Shown in pieces: positions 8,464 through 18,221 of a DNA stretch of 64,000 nt. The translations under genes were made by a program, and so were the position numbers. The stretch is from a virus. Positions within the stretch are counted from its first letter, which is position 1. Each line of letters opens with the position of its first letter. Where the stretch lies: IMG/VR virus record IMGVR_UViG_3300044701_003563; one strand, written 5' to 3'. The notes below the pieces were generated by a model that saw only the letters and a program-made list of their open reading frames with translations, did no database searches and was not told the origin of the DNA.

Positions 8464-9284
8464 TTTGATTTACCATGAAGAGGACAGTCGCCATTGACCC
8501 ATTTACGATCATCTGGCATTTCTGCGTTATCCATTACTGGACATTTACATCCTTTTTTTACTGCCTCTTTAGATCCAGGAATCAAACCATTCCATGTCAT
8601 CATGTTGTCACCTGGAACCCAAAATCCATCTGCTGTCATTTCATAACCTTCAGCAACCATTTCACCATAAGTTAATGCTTTACTATGGTCATCACTCCAA
8701 AATTTGCCCCATGCATCTTCACATTCTTTAGATTTATCGTCTTTATCACATGTAAGTGGTTTATTTGCCCATTCCAACTCACGGGTGGTCATTTCTTTGC
8801 ATGATTCCTTATCTTCTGCAGCATCGCACATCGCATTAATCTCTTCATCAGTATAACGAAGTGCTTCCATATCACTATGTCCCCAAGGTGGCATACAATC
8901 TTCGTTTTGCTTCTTTTGCATGTTACGTCGGAGATCCCAATATCGTTTTTCCCAATTTTCTGCAAGTTCTTCATATACTTTGATTCTTGCGTCGATATGT
9001 TCTTCCATGACAAGATCAAACTCATGTGCAAGTTTTTTCATGTCATCTTCGTTGTTCATTTCATTAAACGCAAGATTACAGGCACCTTTCATGATGCCAT
9101 ACTCATTGTGTCCAATGGAACGAAGGAAATTACTGAAGAACCTGAACAATTGCATTGTACTCAGATCTTCTGCAGGAATCTCCATAGTGATATGCTCTTC
9201 TGGAAGAATATCATCACCATAGTAAGTTCCAGTATATTCAAATTTACTATCGTATTTGAGTGTAAGTTTTGCGCCGTGAGTCAT
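8460..9284 (-). CDS. hypothetical protein with C-terminal Cys/His cluster (GCKCP...DCPLHG)
   Basis: Has its own sigma70 promoter and GAGG SD. Confidence 0.75.
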   Translation of the reverse strand: MTHGAKLTLKYDSKFEYTGTYYGDDILPEEHITMEIPAEDLSTMQLFRFFSNFLRSIGHNEYGIMKGACNLAFNEMNNEDDMKKLAHEFDLVMEEHIDARIKVYEELAENWEKRYWDLRRNMQKKQNEDCMPPWGHSDMEALRYTDEEINAMCDAAEDKESCKEMTTRELEWANKPLTCDKDDKSKECEDAWGKFWSDDHSKALTYGEMVAEGYEMTADGFWVPGDNMMTWNGLIPGSKEAVKKGCKCPVMDNAEMPDDRKWVNGDCPLHGKSK

Positions 9285-9307
9285 GATGAGTCCTCAAGTG
9301 ATAATAA

Positions 9308-9341
9308 TAGAATAACACCCCCGACTCAAGGAGTCAAGGGG
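9308..9341 (-). promoter_or_regulatory. sigma70-like early promoter TTGACT-17-TATTCT, with -35 inside a hairpin
   Basis: Minus strand cccc-TTGACT-ccttgagtcgggggtgt-TATTCT. Confidence 0.7.
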
Positions 9342-9602
9342 TATAAGGGATGCTTATCAGTCAACCAACATACATTCAATGCATGATTTTAGTTCTTGCA
9401 TATCTTCTTTGCTCAATCCATCCAATGTAATTACATGATTGTCATCAAATGCAATGTTAATTCCATAAATTCCAGTGATTTCATCAAAATATCCAGAAGT
9501 TTGAACTGTCATGATTGTTTAGGTCTCCAATTTGATGGTGGTTTATAATCTTTGGTGGGTCTATAAAGATTTGGCCAAGTATCACGAATGATATCTGCGG
9601 TT

Positions 9603-9812
9603 TTATATGGGGTATGGGTACTGATCACTTTTTTCTATTTTGTGTATTTGAAAGTACATTTTATAATATTTGTTTTTTAATAGTTCAATCATTTCAAAAT
9701 CCTCATGCTCTTCCATCCTCTTAAGAAGATAAGAGCAACCTTCCAATTCACTGAGAAGACGAGATATAGTAATGCTTGTAATTTTTTCTGGAACGTTCCA
9801 ATCAGGGATCAT
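9603..9812 (-). CDS. hypothetical cyanophage protein (RLLSELEG.SY)
   Basis: ORF track. Confidence 0.6.
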   Translation of the reverse strand: MIPDWNVPEKITSITISRLLSELEGCSYLLKRMEEHEDFEMIELLKNKYYKMYFQIHKIEKSDQYPYPI

Positions 9813-10119
9813 AAGTTTTGATTTTTTTGAGTTTTTTGCGAATTAATGAAACTGAAATTCTATCATCAGATTGAGATGTTGTCTGTATGGAGGATAACCA
9901 TGTATCAAATTCATTTAAAATATCATCAGCAATTTCAGATGAAAATAAAAATTTAGATCTTAAAATTTCATAAAAAGATTGGTTTTCTGTTTTTGTGGAT
10001 TTTTTTCCAGCATCGAAAGCATCACGGAAAAAAGGCCATGCAAAATCAGAATCTGATGGCCAATCACCATAGATTTTCTTCCATTCTTCTTCTGCGAGGG
10101 TTTTTCCTGTAAATTTCAT
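9802..10119 (-). CDS. hypothetical protein
   Basis: ORF track; coupled. Confidence 0.6.
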   Translation of the reverse strand: MKFTGKTLAEEEWKKIYGDWPSDSDFAWPFFRDAFDAGKKSTKTENQSFYEILRSKFLFSSEIADDILNEFDTWLSSIQTTSQSDDRISVSLIRKKLKKIKTYDP

Positions 10120-10292
10120 GCATTATACCCATCAAATCTTAAAAGAGCACGACGACACTCATATGCAACAAATTGATTAGGAAAAGTTGCTATTTTTTGA
10201 AAATTTTCTTTGCGATAGATTGCCCATCGACTGCTTCCAACCACTGCTCGGACGATGTAAGGATTGTCCAAACCAAGAGGATAGGGGTTCAT
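10116..10292 (-). CDS. small hypothetical protein, 58 aa (MNPYPLGLDNPY...)
   Basis: Hand-translated; downstream of the promoter at 10317-10374; ATGA-coupled to the next gene. Confidence 0.6.
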   Translation of the reverse strand: MNPYPLGLDNPYIVRAVVGSSRWAIYRKENFQKIATFPNQFVAYECRRALLRFDGYNA

Positions 10293-10399
10293 GAGAATTC
10301 ATGTGTTGATACTTGTAGTATAGTGGATTCGACCATCGGTTGTAGGAGTGTTGTGACACTTCTTTATCTGGCATAACAAGTCAAATAAATTTTTAGTAT

Positions 10400-12124
10400 T
10401 TATGACATGTAGAAATGTGGTACGGTGTCAAATTGTTTTATTTCTCTTAATAATTTCTTAGATGCGATTGCTCTTATTGCTCCCTCAAGTCTACTTGAAG
10501 TAAGATCAGAATCTTTGATGATATGATAACCCTTTTTAGTAATAACACCAAATATTGTCATGAAGATTTTTCTTTTTAAAAAGTCCTGTCCACCACGAAG
10601 CATAAAATAAGAAATCTGACTGTGCTCATAGAATGAATTAAGCATACTATCAGATTGATTTATTTTAGTTCCAATTGATGTTTGTGTAGCCAAATTTATG
10701 ACAGCCATCTTATATCTTCTCCACAATTCACCTTCAGCAATATTATTTGCTTTTTCATATTCAATAAAAAACAAGTCAAGATTTTTATTTTTATTCACAC
10801 CAAGATTGAAATTTTTAGATTTAATTTCTCTCAAAGCACTTGAATAAAAACTTTGCAAATTTTTAACTTTCATTTCACCTGTAACATCAGTTTTATATGT
10901 TATTCCGTTCATTTCTCCCTTCTTCTTAATAAATCTTGTAAGTTTTCCTTGCTTATTAAACTTTGGTTCTTTGGGAACAATGGGAAAACTAATTTCTCTT
11001 TTAGAATTTTGTAATGGTTGATTAACATTTGCTCTTGTGTTTGCAGATCCAGTTAAGGTATAATTTAATGCCTTTTGTCTAATATTAGACAATTCTGCCA
11101 TTATTCTATTATATTCCGAGTATTTAAATAGGAATGTTTGCAATGTTTCAATTCCTGTTCCCCCAACCCATTGATCAGAATATCCTGGGACACTTTTATC
11201 AAATCCACCATTGAAACCTGCTGCTCCGCCACCAGCAGTTTGTGCTTTTGTCCAAGATTTAAGTACAAAATCAACATCGGTTGGATATAATCCCAACTTT
11301 TTATAATTAAATCTAAAATTAAAATCCCAAGATGCATTTTTTAAATTTTTACTTCTAATCTCTATTGTATCGTCGATTAGTTGTCGAATATTAGTATTTT
11401 TATCAGATAAAAGAGATATAAATTTGGTGTACGGATCAAGTTGTTTTTGCATTTTTTTATTTAAAATATCTTCTTCTGCGCCAACAATCTTAATATTTTT
11501 ACTTGCACTTATGACACTTGGAAGTTTTAATGACACTCCAAATAAATCGTGAGATTTCCAATACTTAATCAATAACTTATTGTACATATCAAAATTATTG
11601 ATTAAGTATAAGGTATTTTTATTAATTATCTCATCCTCAAATTCTTTCCGAATATTTTTTTTCGATTGCTTTTTAACAATATAAATGTCAGCACTGGATA
11701 AAATGTCTCTTTTAAAAGGTAACTTTAGTGCCAATATAATTTTATCAAGTGCTTTATCTTTAATCGTAATCATAAATGAATCTTTTTGATCCAAGAATTC
11801 ATACTGCGAAAAGTTTTTTGAGATATTATTTGAAAGATAGAATTTTTTTGCTACATCATATACTATTTTTACGTCTTTAGATCCTTCCTTTTTGCCCCAA
11901 TTTGCATATAATCTATCAAAATCAAATTTTTCACCCAAATATTGAGTATATTCATTTATTATAGAATTATTTGGCTTTTCATTTGGATCAAAAAGTTTAT
12001 AAAAAGATTCCATATGAGCATCAGAATCTGATGATCTATATTTTTGAACAGCAAAATGTGCAAATGCCATGCACTGTATAAGTTCTTTGCCTAAATCGTC
12101 TTTGGTTTTTTTGCCTTTTGCCAT
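10400..12124 (-). CDS. AT-rich Lys-rich protein, possible PD-(D/E)XK nuclease-fold domain
   Basis: E...ADIY...GVSLK motif arrangement; 574 aa. Confidence 0.5.
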   Translation of the reverse strand: MAKGKKTKDDLGKELIQCMAFAHFAVQKYRSSDSDAHMESFYKLFDPNEKPNNSIINEYTQYLGEKFDFDRLYANWGKKEGSKDVKIVYDVAKKFYLSNNISKNFSQYEFLDQKDSFMITIKDKALDKIILALKLPFKRDILSSADIYIVKKQSKKNIRKEFEDEIINKNTLYLINNFDMYNKLLIKYWKSHDLFGVSLKLPSVISASKNIKIVGAEEDILNKKMQKQLDPYTKFISLLSDKNTNIRQLIDDTIEIRSKNLKNASWDFNFRFNYKKLGLYPTDVDFVLKSWTKAQTAGGGAAGFNGGFDKSVPGYSDQWVGGTGIETLQTFLFKYSEYNRIMAELSNIRQKALNYTLTGSANTRANVNQPLQNSKREISFPIVPKEPKFNKQGKLTRFIKKKGEMNGITYKTDVTGEMKVKNLQSFYSSALREIKSKNFNLGVNKNKNLDLFFIEYEKANNIAEGELWRRYKMAVINLATQTSIGTKINQSDSMLNSFYEHSQISYFMLRGGQDFLKRKIFMTIFGVITKKGYHIIKDSDLTSSRLEGAIRAIASKKLLREIKQFDTVPHFYMS

Positions 12125-13425
12125 TACTCTTCCTGTAAATCTACTCCAAGTAATTCATTCATCAAAGTTCCTTTTTCGATATAATGTCTATAGACTATAT
12201 TACCTTTTGATGTTGATTTATCTTGTCTTGCTCTAACCTGAAATAATGATTTTGTATTATCATATCCTTTAATTTTTATTTGAATTTTAGGAAAATCACT
12301 ATTAGTTAATTGATAATCTGCATAAAATTGCTCATTAACAATATCCCAAGTTGATTTATTATCATCAACCCATTGTTGCAGTTTTTCAAAATTTAAAAGT
12401 TTAGTATCTTGTCCAAGGATTAACATTCTCATTTGTGAATTTCCGCCAGTAGCATGTTGTTTAATTCCTTTTACCAAAATGTCTGGATCGACACCGTTTT
12501 GATTAATTTCTTGCGCTATTTTTTGATATGCAAGTTGAAATGCTTCTGCAACTTTATGATTGACTATCAAATTATTATATTTTAATTTATCCGATTTAAA
12601 TTGATGACCAAAAATGCCATTTAAAAAATTGTTAGTTGTATCAAAATCCGATCCAACTGCTTGTCCAAATTGTTTCACAGACTCAGCTTTTACCGAAAGA
12701 TCCAATTTTATTTTTAAATTTGCATTTGGATCCTGACCTGTGCATCTAACTTCAGTATCTACCTTTCCTCCTTGTTTCCCCTTTCCAGTAACTGTTATTT
12801 CATCTATTCTATTATTCTCATAGATCAATGTTGACCATGCTTTAACTTTTGACGTATTTACATATTGAAGTGCCGATTTAACATGTGTTTTATATTTCGT
12901 CTCATCTGTTCTTGTAAACAAAGAATCACTTTTTGTAAGAGATAAAGTGACTGTTAACTTATCTTTATCTGGTATATCTTTATTATCGGATGTTGTTTTT
13001 AATTTTGATTTTTTATTAAATTCGTTTAAAAAGTCATAATATTGCTCTTGAGTTATATTATCGTTTTTATGTTTAAATCTACATCCTATAGCAACTGTCA
13101 AAATACTTTCAACTGTATTTCCCCAATTAGTTTTTGATTCTGTTGGTATTTGAAATATTATTTGTACTGTATTTTTTCTATTATCAGTTATTGTTAAAGT
13201 ATCACCATTCCATCTTTTTTCTGTTATAGCAAATTTTTTGGATATTAAAAATTCTACAAATTTATCTTTTTTTTCCTTAGTAAGTTCATATCCATATAAA
13301 TTATCAATTATAAATCTTTTTTTGGTAGGATTGCCAGAAAATCTAAGCATTCCAAATTTTTTCCCATATCCAACTGATGTGAAATGTTCAATTATATTGC
13401 TTGATTCTAAGGGAAATCCTTCCAT
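12124..13425 (-). CDS. AT-rich protein, possible PD-(D/E)XK nuclease-fold domain
   Basis: GNTVE...GGKVD...LSVK...FGQ arrangement; 433 aa. Confidence 0.45.
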   Translation of the reverse strand: MEGFPLESSNIIEHFTSVGYGKKFGMLRFSGNPTKKRFIIDNLYGYELTKEKKDKFVEFLISKKFAITEKRWNGDTLTITDNRKNTVQIIFQIPTESKTNWGNTVESILTVAIGCRFKHKNDNITQEQYYDFLNEFNKKSKLKTTSDNKDIPDKDKLTVTLSLTKSDSLFTRTDETKYKTHVKSALQYVNTSKVKAWSTLIYENNRIDEITVTGKGKQGGKVDTEVRCTGQDPNANLKIKLDLSVKAESVKQFGQAVGSDFDTTNNFLNGIFGHQFKSDKLKYNNLIVNHKVAEAFQLAYQKIAQEINQNGVDPDILVKGIKQHATGGNSQMRMLILGQDTKLLNFEKLQQWVDDNKSTWDIVNEQFYADYQLTNSDFPKIQIKIKGYDNTKSLFQVRARQDKSTSKGNIVYRHYIEKGTLMNELLGVDLQEE

Positions 13426-13426
13426 A

Positions 13427-13813
13427 TTATTTTCTTGTTACTTTCCTATAACCACCTGCTTTTGTTTCTTTTGCTCTCAAACCGCCAGGTCTTTCATTTG
13501 GTTTCTCATAAGAAGCACGGGGACGACGACGAGCAGCAATGGTATTTTTCCATGCTGAACTATCTCTTGGTTCTTCTTTAGCATCTTGTGCTTTTTTAAC
13601 AAGATCCATTGTATGTGCTCTTTCACGATAAGAATCTCTTTCAGGATCATTACGAGAATTTCTTCCCAATGCAGGATTACCCAACATCACTCTTGCGCCA
13701 TGTTGGGCACGTTTTCTATACATTTTTTCATCGGGAGTTTTTCCAGATGGAAGTTTCTCATCTGGAGCATATCTTTTCTCTACCAAAAGCATGAATTCAG
13801 AAAATGTAATCAT
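13427..13813 (-). CDS. basic putative internal head protein with CTS-like N-terminus (MITFSEFMLLVE)
   Basis: Resembles the T4 capsid-targeting sequence MKTYQEFIAE; Arg/Lys-rich body. Confidence 0.55.
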   Translation of the reverse strand: MITFSEFMLLVEKRYAPDEKLPSGKTPDEKMYRKRAQHGARVMLGNPALGRNSRNDPERDSYRERAHTMDLVKKAQDAKEEPRDSSAWKNTIAARRRPRASYEKPNERPGGLRAKETKAGGYRKVTRK

Positions 13814-14505
13814 TTTTTCTTTCCTCTGGATTCTTCGTGTCTTTTTCTTCTGAAATCAGTTTGATACTTACCACTTGCAACTTCTGGATGATCACTTTCT
13901 AATCTTCTATTTCTATCCCTCAGCACATTAATTCTATCTTGCACATTTTCTTTGTCTCTATCCTTCCAATCAACCTTTGCCTCAGCAATTGTCATAAAAT
14001 CTTGAAAGGTCAATGACTCTTTTTTAGATCCCCAGTTTTCCCTATTTCTTAAAGCAGCACTAATTTTTTTTGCTCTTGCTTTACTTTCAGGTGTTGGAGT
14101 TCTCGCATATGTATATTTTTGTGTGGTATCCTGCCCAGTTGAAAGAAGTCTCTGCTTTTTCTTAGCAACAGACATTGGAGATGCTCCTCTCTTTCTATGA
14201 CCTTCAGGAGTTCTTCTTCTCAATGCAGGTTCTTCTGCTCCAACACCTCTGGATGGAACAGTAGTTGGTTCTGGAGGTTCCTTTTTCTTTTTCTTTGGTT
14301 CTTCAGGAATCGGATCATTTTTTTGTCTTGCATTTCTACGAATTTCTGCAGCTTGTCCAGCAGTAACTCTTTGAGGAATAGGTGCTTGCTGTGAACTTGC
14401 ACGTCTTCCTCTTCCTCCAGACACATTTTCATTCAGTTCCTGATCACCATACATTTCAAAATAAACTTCCGTTAAGTTTTTCATAGAAATGTCCTCAGTT
14501 GGCAT
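13810..14505 (-). CDS. basic low-complexity putative internal virion protein
   Basis: Internal LTFQDFMTIAE|A; ELNE| type prohead-protease-like sites. Confidence 0.55.
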   Translation of the reverse strand: MPTEDISMKNLTEVYFEMYGDQELNENVSGGRGRRASSQQAPIPQRVTAGQAAEIRRNARQKNDPIPEEPKKKKKEPPEPTTVPSRGVGAEEPALRRRTPEGHRKRGASPMSVAKKKQRLLSTGQDTTQKYTYARTPTPESKARAKKISAALRNRENWGSKKESLTFQDFMTIAEAKVDWKDRDKENVQDRINVLRDRNRRLESDHPEVASGKYQTDFRRKRHEESRGKKK

Positions 14506-15400
14506 AATTGCCAGAATCTTGTGCTTTTTTGCGGAGTGCCTGAATCATTTTGCTATCTCCTGCTTGTCCTGGTTGCTTTTTTAGATTTTCTCTTCTCTTC
14601 TTTTCAAACTCATGTCTTTTTGCTGGAGACATTTTTTTCTTTGGAATTGGGAGGCCAGCAATTCCAATTTCGGTCTCATCTTTTTCAAGAATGATATCAA
14701 TCCATTCTTCACCAGCGTGTTCTGCAATCAGTTCTGCTGCTTCAATACTATCAGCATATCCCTCAACATACAAATACTCAACAACTTCTTCAAAAACAGG
14801 CTTACCATTCTTTGTGGGAACAGTGCCCTTTGCTTTCATTCTTGCTTGTGCTGTTTTCTTTGCTGCTGCTTCTCTTTGTCTTTGCAATCTATCAGACACT
14901 GCATTATCAATTGCATCATCTTCGTCCCAACGAACTCTGTTACCTGATGCAGTTGTTCTATAAGTTGCTTCCGACATTTCACCTTCCATCTCATAACCCA
15001 TGTTGAGTTTCTGTCTTTCTGCTGGAGTCAATGCACCTCTCTGTGCTCCTCTTGCTGCCTGCTTTGCTTTATCTGCAGGAGTTTCTGCCTTGTGTGCGTA
15101 ACCATGCAATCCTGGGTTGGAGGATGTGGTGTTGCGGAAGTCACCTCTCTGCTTTGCAGCAAGTTGTTGCCTTGCCTTAGGATCTACACCACTTTGTCCA
15201 TAGGTCTGCTTGTCTGCCAGAGCAGTTGCACGATCTGCTGCCTGACCACCACCAGTGTTTTTGGCAATCTTTTGACGAATTGCTGGTTCATCCAGTCCAC
15301 GTTTTGCCATTGCGGTTGCTTCATCCACTTCTTGTGAAGCATAAACATCTTGATATGCTTGGAACAGCTCAAAAGCATCTTTTCCAGTGATATTAGGCAT
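14495..15400 (-). CDS. putative internal virion protein (Ala/Lys/Gln-rich)
   Basis: Start MPNITG 20 nt after late promoter TATAAATA; VDE|A, MSE|A, ILE|K sites. Confidence 0.6.
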   Translation of the reverse strand: MPNITGKDAFELFQAYQDVYASQEVDEATAMAKRGLDEPAIRQKIAKNTGGGQAADRATALADKQTYGQSGVDPKARQQLAAKQRGDFRNTTSSNPGLHGYAHKAETPADKAKQAARGAQRGALTPAERQKLNMGYEMEGEMSEATYRTTASGNRVRWDEDDAIDNAVSDRLQRQREAAAKKTAQARMKAKGTVPTKNGKPVFEEVVEYLYVEGYADSIEAAELIAEHAGEEWIDIILEKDETEIGIAGLPIPKKKMSPAKRHEFEKKRRENLKKQPGQAGDSKMIQALRKKAQDSGNYAN

Positions 15401-15420
15401 TTTTCTAATTACTTTTTGAT

Positions 15421-15428
15421 TATTTATA
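15421..15428 (-). promoter_or_regulatory. T4-type late promoter TATAAATA
   Basis: Plus strand tatttata at 15421. Confidence 0.75.
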
Positions 15429-15452
15429 AAAAAAAGAGGGGCATTGCCCCTC
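15428..15452 (-). terminator. rho-independent terminator
   Basis: GAGGGGC-AAT-GCCCCTC hairpin followed by a T-run on the minus strand. Confidence 0.8.
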
Positions 15453-15455
15453 AAA

Positions 15456-15776
15456 TCAAAAAAGTTCAACTTTATTTTTTGTCACAAGTTCAAGCATACT
15501 GCTTGACTTTTTTGAAAATTTTTCAAAATAATCAACACACTCTTGAATTGATTCTTTCAACTCTTTATAGAATTGATTTGCATCAACATTTTCATCAGAA
15601 ATGTAATCAAAGACAACATCATCAAGTCGTTCTTTCCTTGCATGATTGTAAGATGTCTTTGCATAGTTATGAGGATAAGTGTCTTTGCTTGGATCAATTT
15701 CCTCAGGACCAGTAATCTTAATCACATCATCCTCCATAAAGGAATTGTAAAGAATGTCGTCGTTACACATAATCAC
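15456..15776 (-). CDS. hypothetical cyanophage protein
   Basis: ORF track. Confidence 0.65.
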   Translation of the reverse strand: MIMCNDDILYNSFMEDDVIKITGPEEIDPSKDTYPHNYAKTSYNHARKERLDDVVFDYISDENVDANQFYKELKESIQECVDYFEKFSKKSSSMLELVTKNKVELF

Positions 15777-16180
15777 TTATTCATCTGTAGTGTGGGAACA
15801 GGCATACCACCCTCAGTAGGCACATAGATGGTCACATTACCTTTGTTAGATCCTTCTTCCAGTCCAGTGATATACAGATACTGAAGATACTCACGATTAT
15901 CTTTCAGCGAATCACCAATGATTTGGTTTGCTTTGGCAACACCAGTAGCACGAATAATCTCAGCATCAGCTAGTTGTTGAGCACTATCTTTCTTTGCTTG
16001 TGCTTCCAACACTGCTACCTGACGAGTATATTCTGCTTTCTGAAGTTCTGCCTTACCAGCAAGAGATTGTTGCCACACATTATATTGTGGACCACCGATA
16101 AAGATGAGACCACCAACTACCACAACACCAACAGCAATGAGAGCAATGGCAGGGTCAATAAATCCGTTTTGTTGTTTCAT
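15773..16180 (-). CDS. membrane-anchored SPFH/band-7-like coiled-coil protein
   Basis: N-terminal TM helix; G.AEL..AE..RQ...EA...AEIIRA.GVAKANQIIG.SL...YL.YL...IYVPTE. Confidence 0.7.
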   Translation of the reverse strand: MKQQNGFIDPAIALIAVGVVVVGGLIFIGGPQYNVWQQSLAGKAELQKAEYTRQVAVLEAQAKKDSAQQLADAEIIRATGVAKANQIIGDSLKDNREYLQYLYITGLEEGSNKGNVTIYVPTEGGMPVPTLQMNK

Positions 16181-16202
16181 AATTTTTTACCTTTAATAAA
16201 GT

Positions 16203-16628
16203 TCAGGGAGTAATCCAATCGTCATAAGATTCAATAACACTCTCATACCCATCATACTCATCAATACGATAGGCACCAGAGACCTCTTGAATAGTAAGGT
16301 TAGCATAATCACTATTTGCTTTGGCACCCAGTTCTTCTACAACTTGAACAAGAATAGGATCGTGACGGGAAACATTACGGTCATACCAAGTTTGTTCAGA
16401 ATGCTTTTTATTGTAAGCAAGACGTTCAGTAAGAGACATAGAATGCCAATTTTTTTGTTCAACACGTTCTTCGGGTGGAACCAACCAAACGGTGAATACA
16501 TCCAGAGATTTGAATTTAGGGTCTTCCTCAATCCAAACTTCTTTTTCTTGAAGTTCCCAATAACGCTTACATGCTTCACGGGACAGACCGAACCCACCAT
16601 AGCAGGCATTGTAGACAACTTTAGTCAT
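16203..16628 (-). CDS. conserved phage hypothetical protein (N.CYGGFGLS...RHDP.LV.VVEELG...EYDG.E)
   Basis: Recognisable widespread phage family motif. Confidence 0.75.
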   Translation of the reverse strand: MTKVVYNACYGGFGLSREACKRYWELQEKEVWIEEDPKFKSLDVFTVWLVPPEERVEQKNWHSMSLTERLAYNKKHSEQTWYDRNVSRHDPILVQVVEELGAKANSDYANLTIQEVSGAYRIDEYDGYESVIESYDDWITP

Positions 16629-16895
16629 CGTTTAGATTCAGCAAGAATTTGTTCCAAAAGTTCTTTGTCACGTTTTTTATTGTAAATGCCGATGATAATA
16701 TCAGCAACACAATAACCGAAGGCAAATGCTGCCATAATAGTAGTAACCATAGTTAATGACCTGAATTACGATAAAGATTATCTTCAAGAATATTCAGTTT
16801 TTTCTCCACTTCCTCCCATTTCTTATTGGGACTGTGGATAGCATAGTTGAAGAGGAGGGCTGTTGCCAACCCACCAAGATAAAAGAGCAGAAACG

Positions 16896-17264
16896 TCATG
16901 CTGGGTTTTGAGTAAAACGAACTTCGTTTGGATCCATTTTCTTCAAAACAGACATGAGAAGATTGCTGTTTCCACCGTAAAGATTATAGTAGTTCATTTC
17001 CAGAACTTTCTTATCGCATCGTGCAATGTTGAAGAACACCATATAAATGGAGTCATCACTGCGTTTGGGGTTAATGTTGCGAATTGCCTGTGCGAAATAA
17101 CCGAATCTCAGGTCGTTATCACGCTCAGAGAATCCACCAATCATCAGATAGCATTTTACTGCTGCTTGGAATTCTGCGACTGTCCAAGGCATAACATACT
17201 TGCCATCTGCCCTGAAAGTTTTGACGTGAGAAGGGATCTTGTGAACAGTGGGTGTTGCAGTCAT
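16896..17264 (-). CDS. hypothetical early protein
   Basis: Directly downstream of a TTGACA/TATAAT promoter. Confidence 0.7.
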   Translation of the reverse strand: MTATPTVHKIPSHVKTFRADGKYVMPWTVAEFQAAVKCYLMIGGFSERDNDLRFGYFAQAIRNINPKRSDDSIYMVFFNIARCDKKVLEMNYYNLYGGNSNLLMSVLKKMDPNEVRFTQNPA

Positions 17265-17287
17265 GAATGAAGAAGTTGTTCGGTGGT

Positions 17288-17323
17288 ATTATAGGATGAT
17301 TGGGAGGAGTGTCAACCCCTCCC
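17288..17323 (-). promoter_or_regulatory. consensus sigma70 promoter TTGACA-16-TATAAT with -35 in a hairpin loop
   Basis: Minus strand gggagggg-TTGACA-ctcctcccaatcatcc-TATAAT. Confidence 0.75.
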
Positions 17324-17332
17324 TCTCAAACG

Positions 17333-17515
17333 TCAGGAAATAGCAGCAGGGGTGCCACTTGCCCACTGAGCAAGACGAACGACACTTGCCTTGCGAGCAG
17401 AACGCAGTTTGCGACCACCATTCAGAATGGACAGGGCAATCAGTTGCTCACGGGCAGTTTGACGATCCACGGTAGGATCGGTGATGGTTTCCAGAACTTG
17501 TTGGGAAATTTGCAT
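17333..17515 (-). CDS. small early protein, 60 aa
   Basis: GGAGG SD; own promoter TTGCAC-18-TATATT plus dyad at 17585-17606. Confidence 0.7.
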   Translation of the reverse strand: MQISQQVLETITDPTVDRQTAREQLIALSILNGGRKLRSARKASVVRLAQWASGTPAAIS

Positions 17516-17604
17516 GGGGGGAAGACCTCCGTTTGTTTACCTAAGTAATATACCATGGGGGAAGGGGGCAGTGCAACCACCCTTGTGCCAGTTTAGAAAG
17601 TGTC

Positions 17605-17790
17605 CTACACCCAGTACAGACCATCAATAATCTGCAGTAGATGCTCACGGATATTCATGCATTCGTGATAGCAGTGCTGTTCATGTGCATAAGATTCCAA
17701 TTCTTCATCATGCAGAATTCTCTGTCTGAACATTTCGACTGCTCGATTATGCTTATCACTAATTAGTTCACCATCAGGAGCTCGTGACAT
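17605..17790 (-). CDS. hypothetical cyanophage protein
   Basis: ORF track. Confidence 0.6.
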   Translation of the reverse strand: MSRAPDGELISDKHNRAVEMFRQRILHDEELESYAHEQHCYHECMNIREHLLQIIDGLYWV

Positions 17791-17961
17791 AATATAAATC
17801 CAAATTACTCATCCATTGTAGCAGGATCTTTAGGATTTGTATAGGTCCCAAAGTAATCGATATAAGATAAAAAAGAGTTGATGTTGATCGGTCTATCAAG
17901 TGACCGACAACATTCAACCCAAGATTCGTAATCTTCTTGTATATCTGGACCTAACTCTAAC

Positions 17962-18198
17962 TTAACTTCCCTTGCCATGATCTGTTTCGTAATATGCAGA
18001 AACTACCATATCATCATAAGCAGTAGGCAGTTTTCCAGATTCCCCTCTACGGGACTGCATACGATTCTTCTTATCTACTGGATATTCATCCAGTTCTGGA
18101 TCATTCAGAATTTCATCTAACTGTGACTTTTCATTTGTAGTTTGTGGGTGACGCAATGCACCTGGATGGTAGATGTCTTTTCGATGAGTACGACTCAT
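17962..18198 (-). CDS. hypothetical protein (MSRTHRK...LPTAYDD)
   Basis: AGGAGG SD before MSRTHR. Confidence 0.6.
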   Translation of the reverse strand: MSRTHRKDIYHPGALRHPQTTNEKSQLDEILNDPELDEYPVDKKNRMQSRRGESGKLPTAYDDMVVSAYYETDHGKGS

Positions 18199-18221
18199 AA
18201 ATCCTCCTATACACAATTTAA

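Noticed and set aside
10177-10374. ORF-track proteins starting MPDKEVSQ (10177..10374) and MPDSEVSQ (5824..6138) look like paralogues
   Set aside because: The shared 'N-terminus' is the dyad promoter element (ATGCCAGA...AAGTGTCAC) read as codons. The real starts are downstream of the -10 boxes.
17352-17373. gtgccacttgcccactgagc as a tenth dyad element
   Set aside because: Only one half-site matches, it lies in coding sequence, and it is 58 bp from the nearest -10 box.
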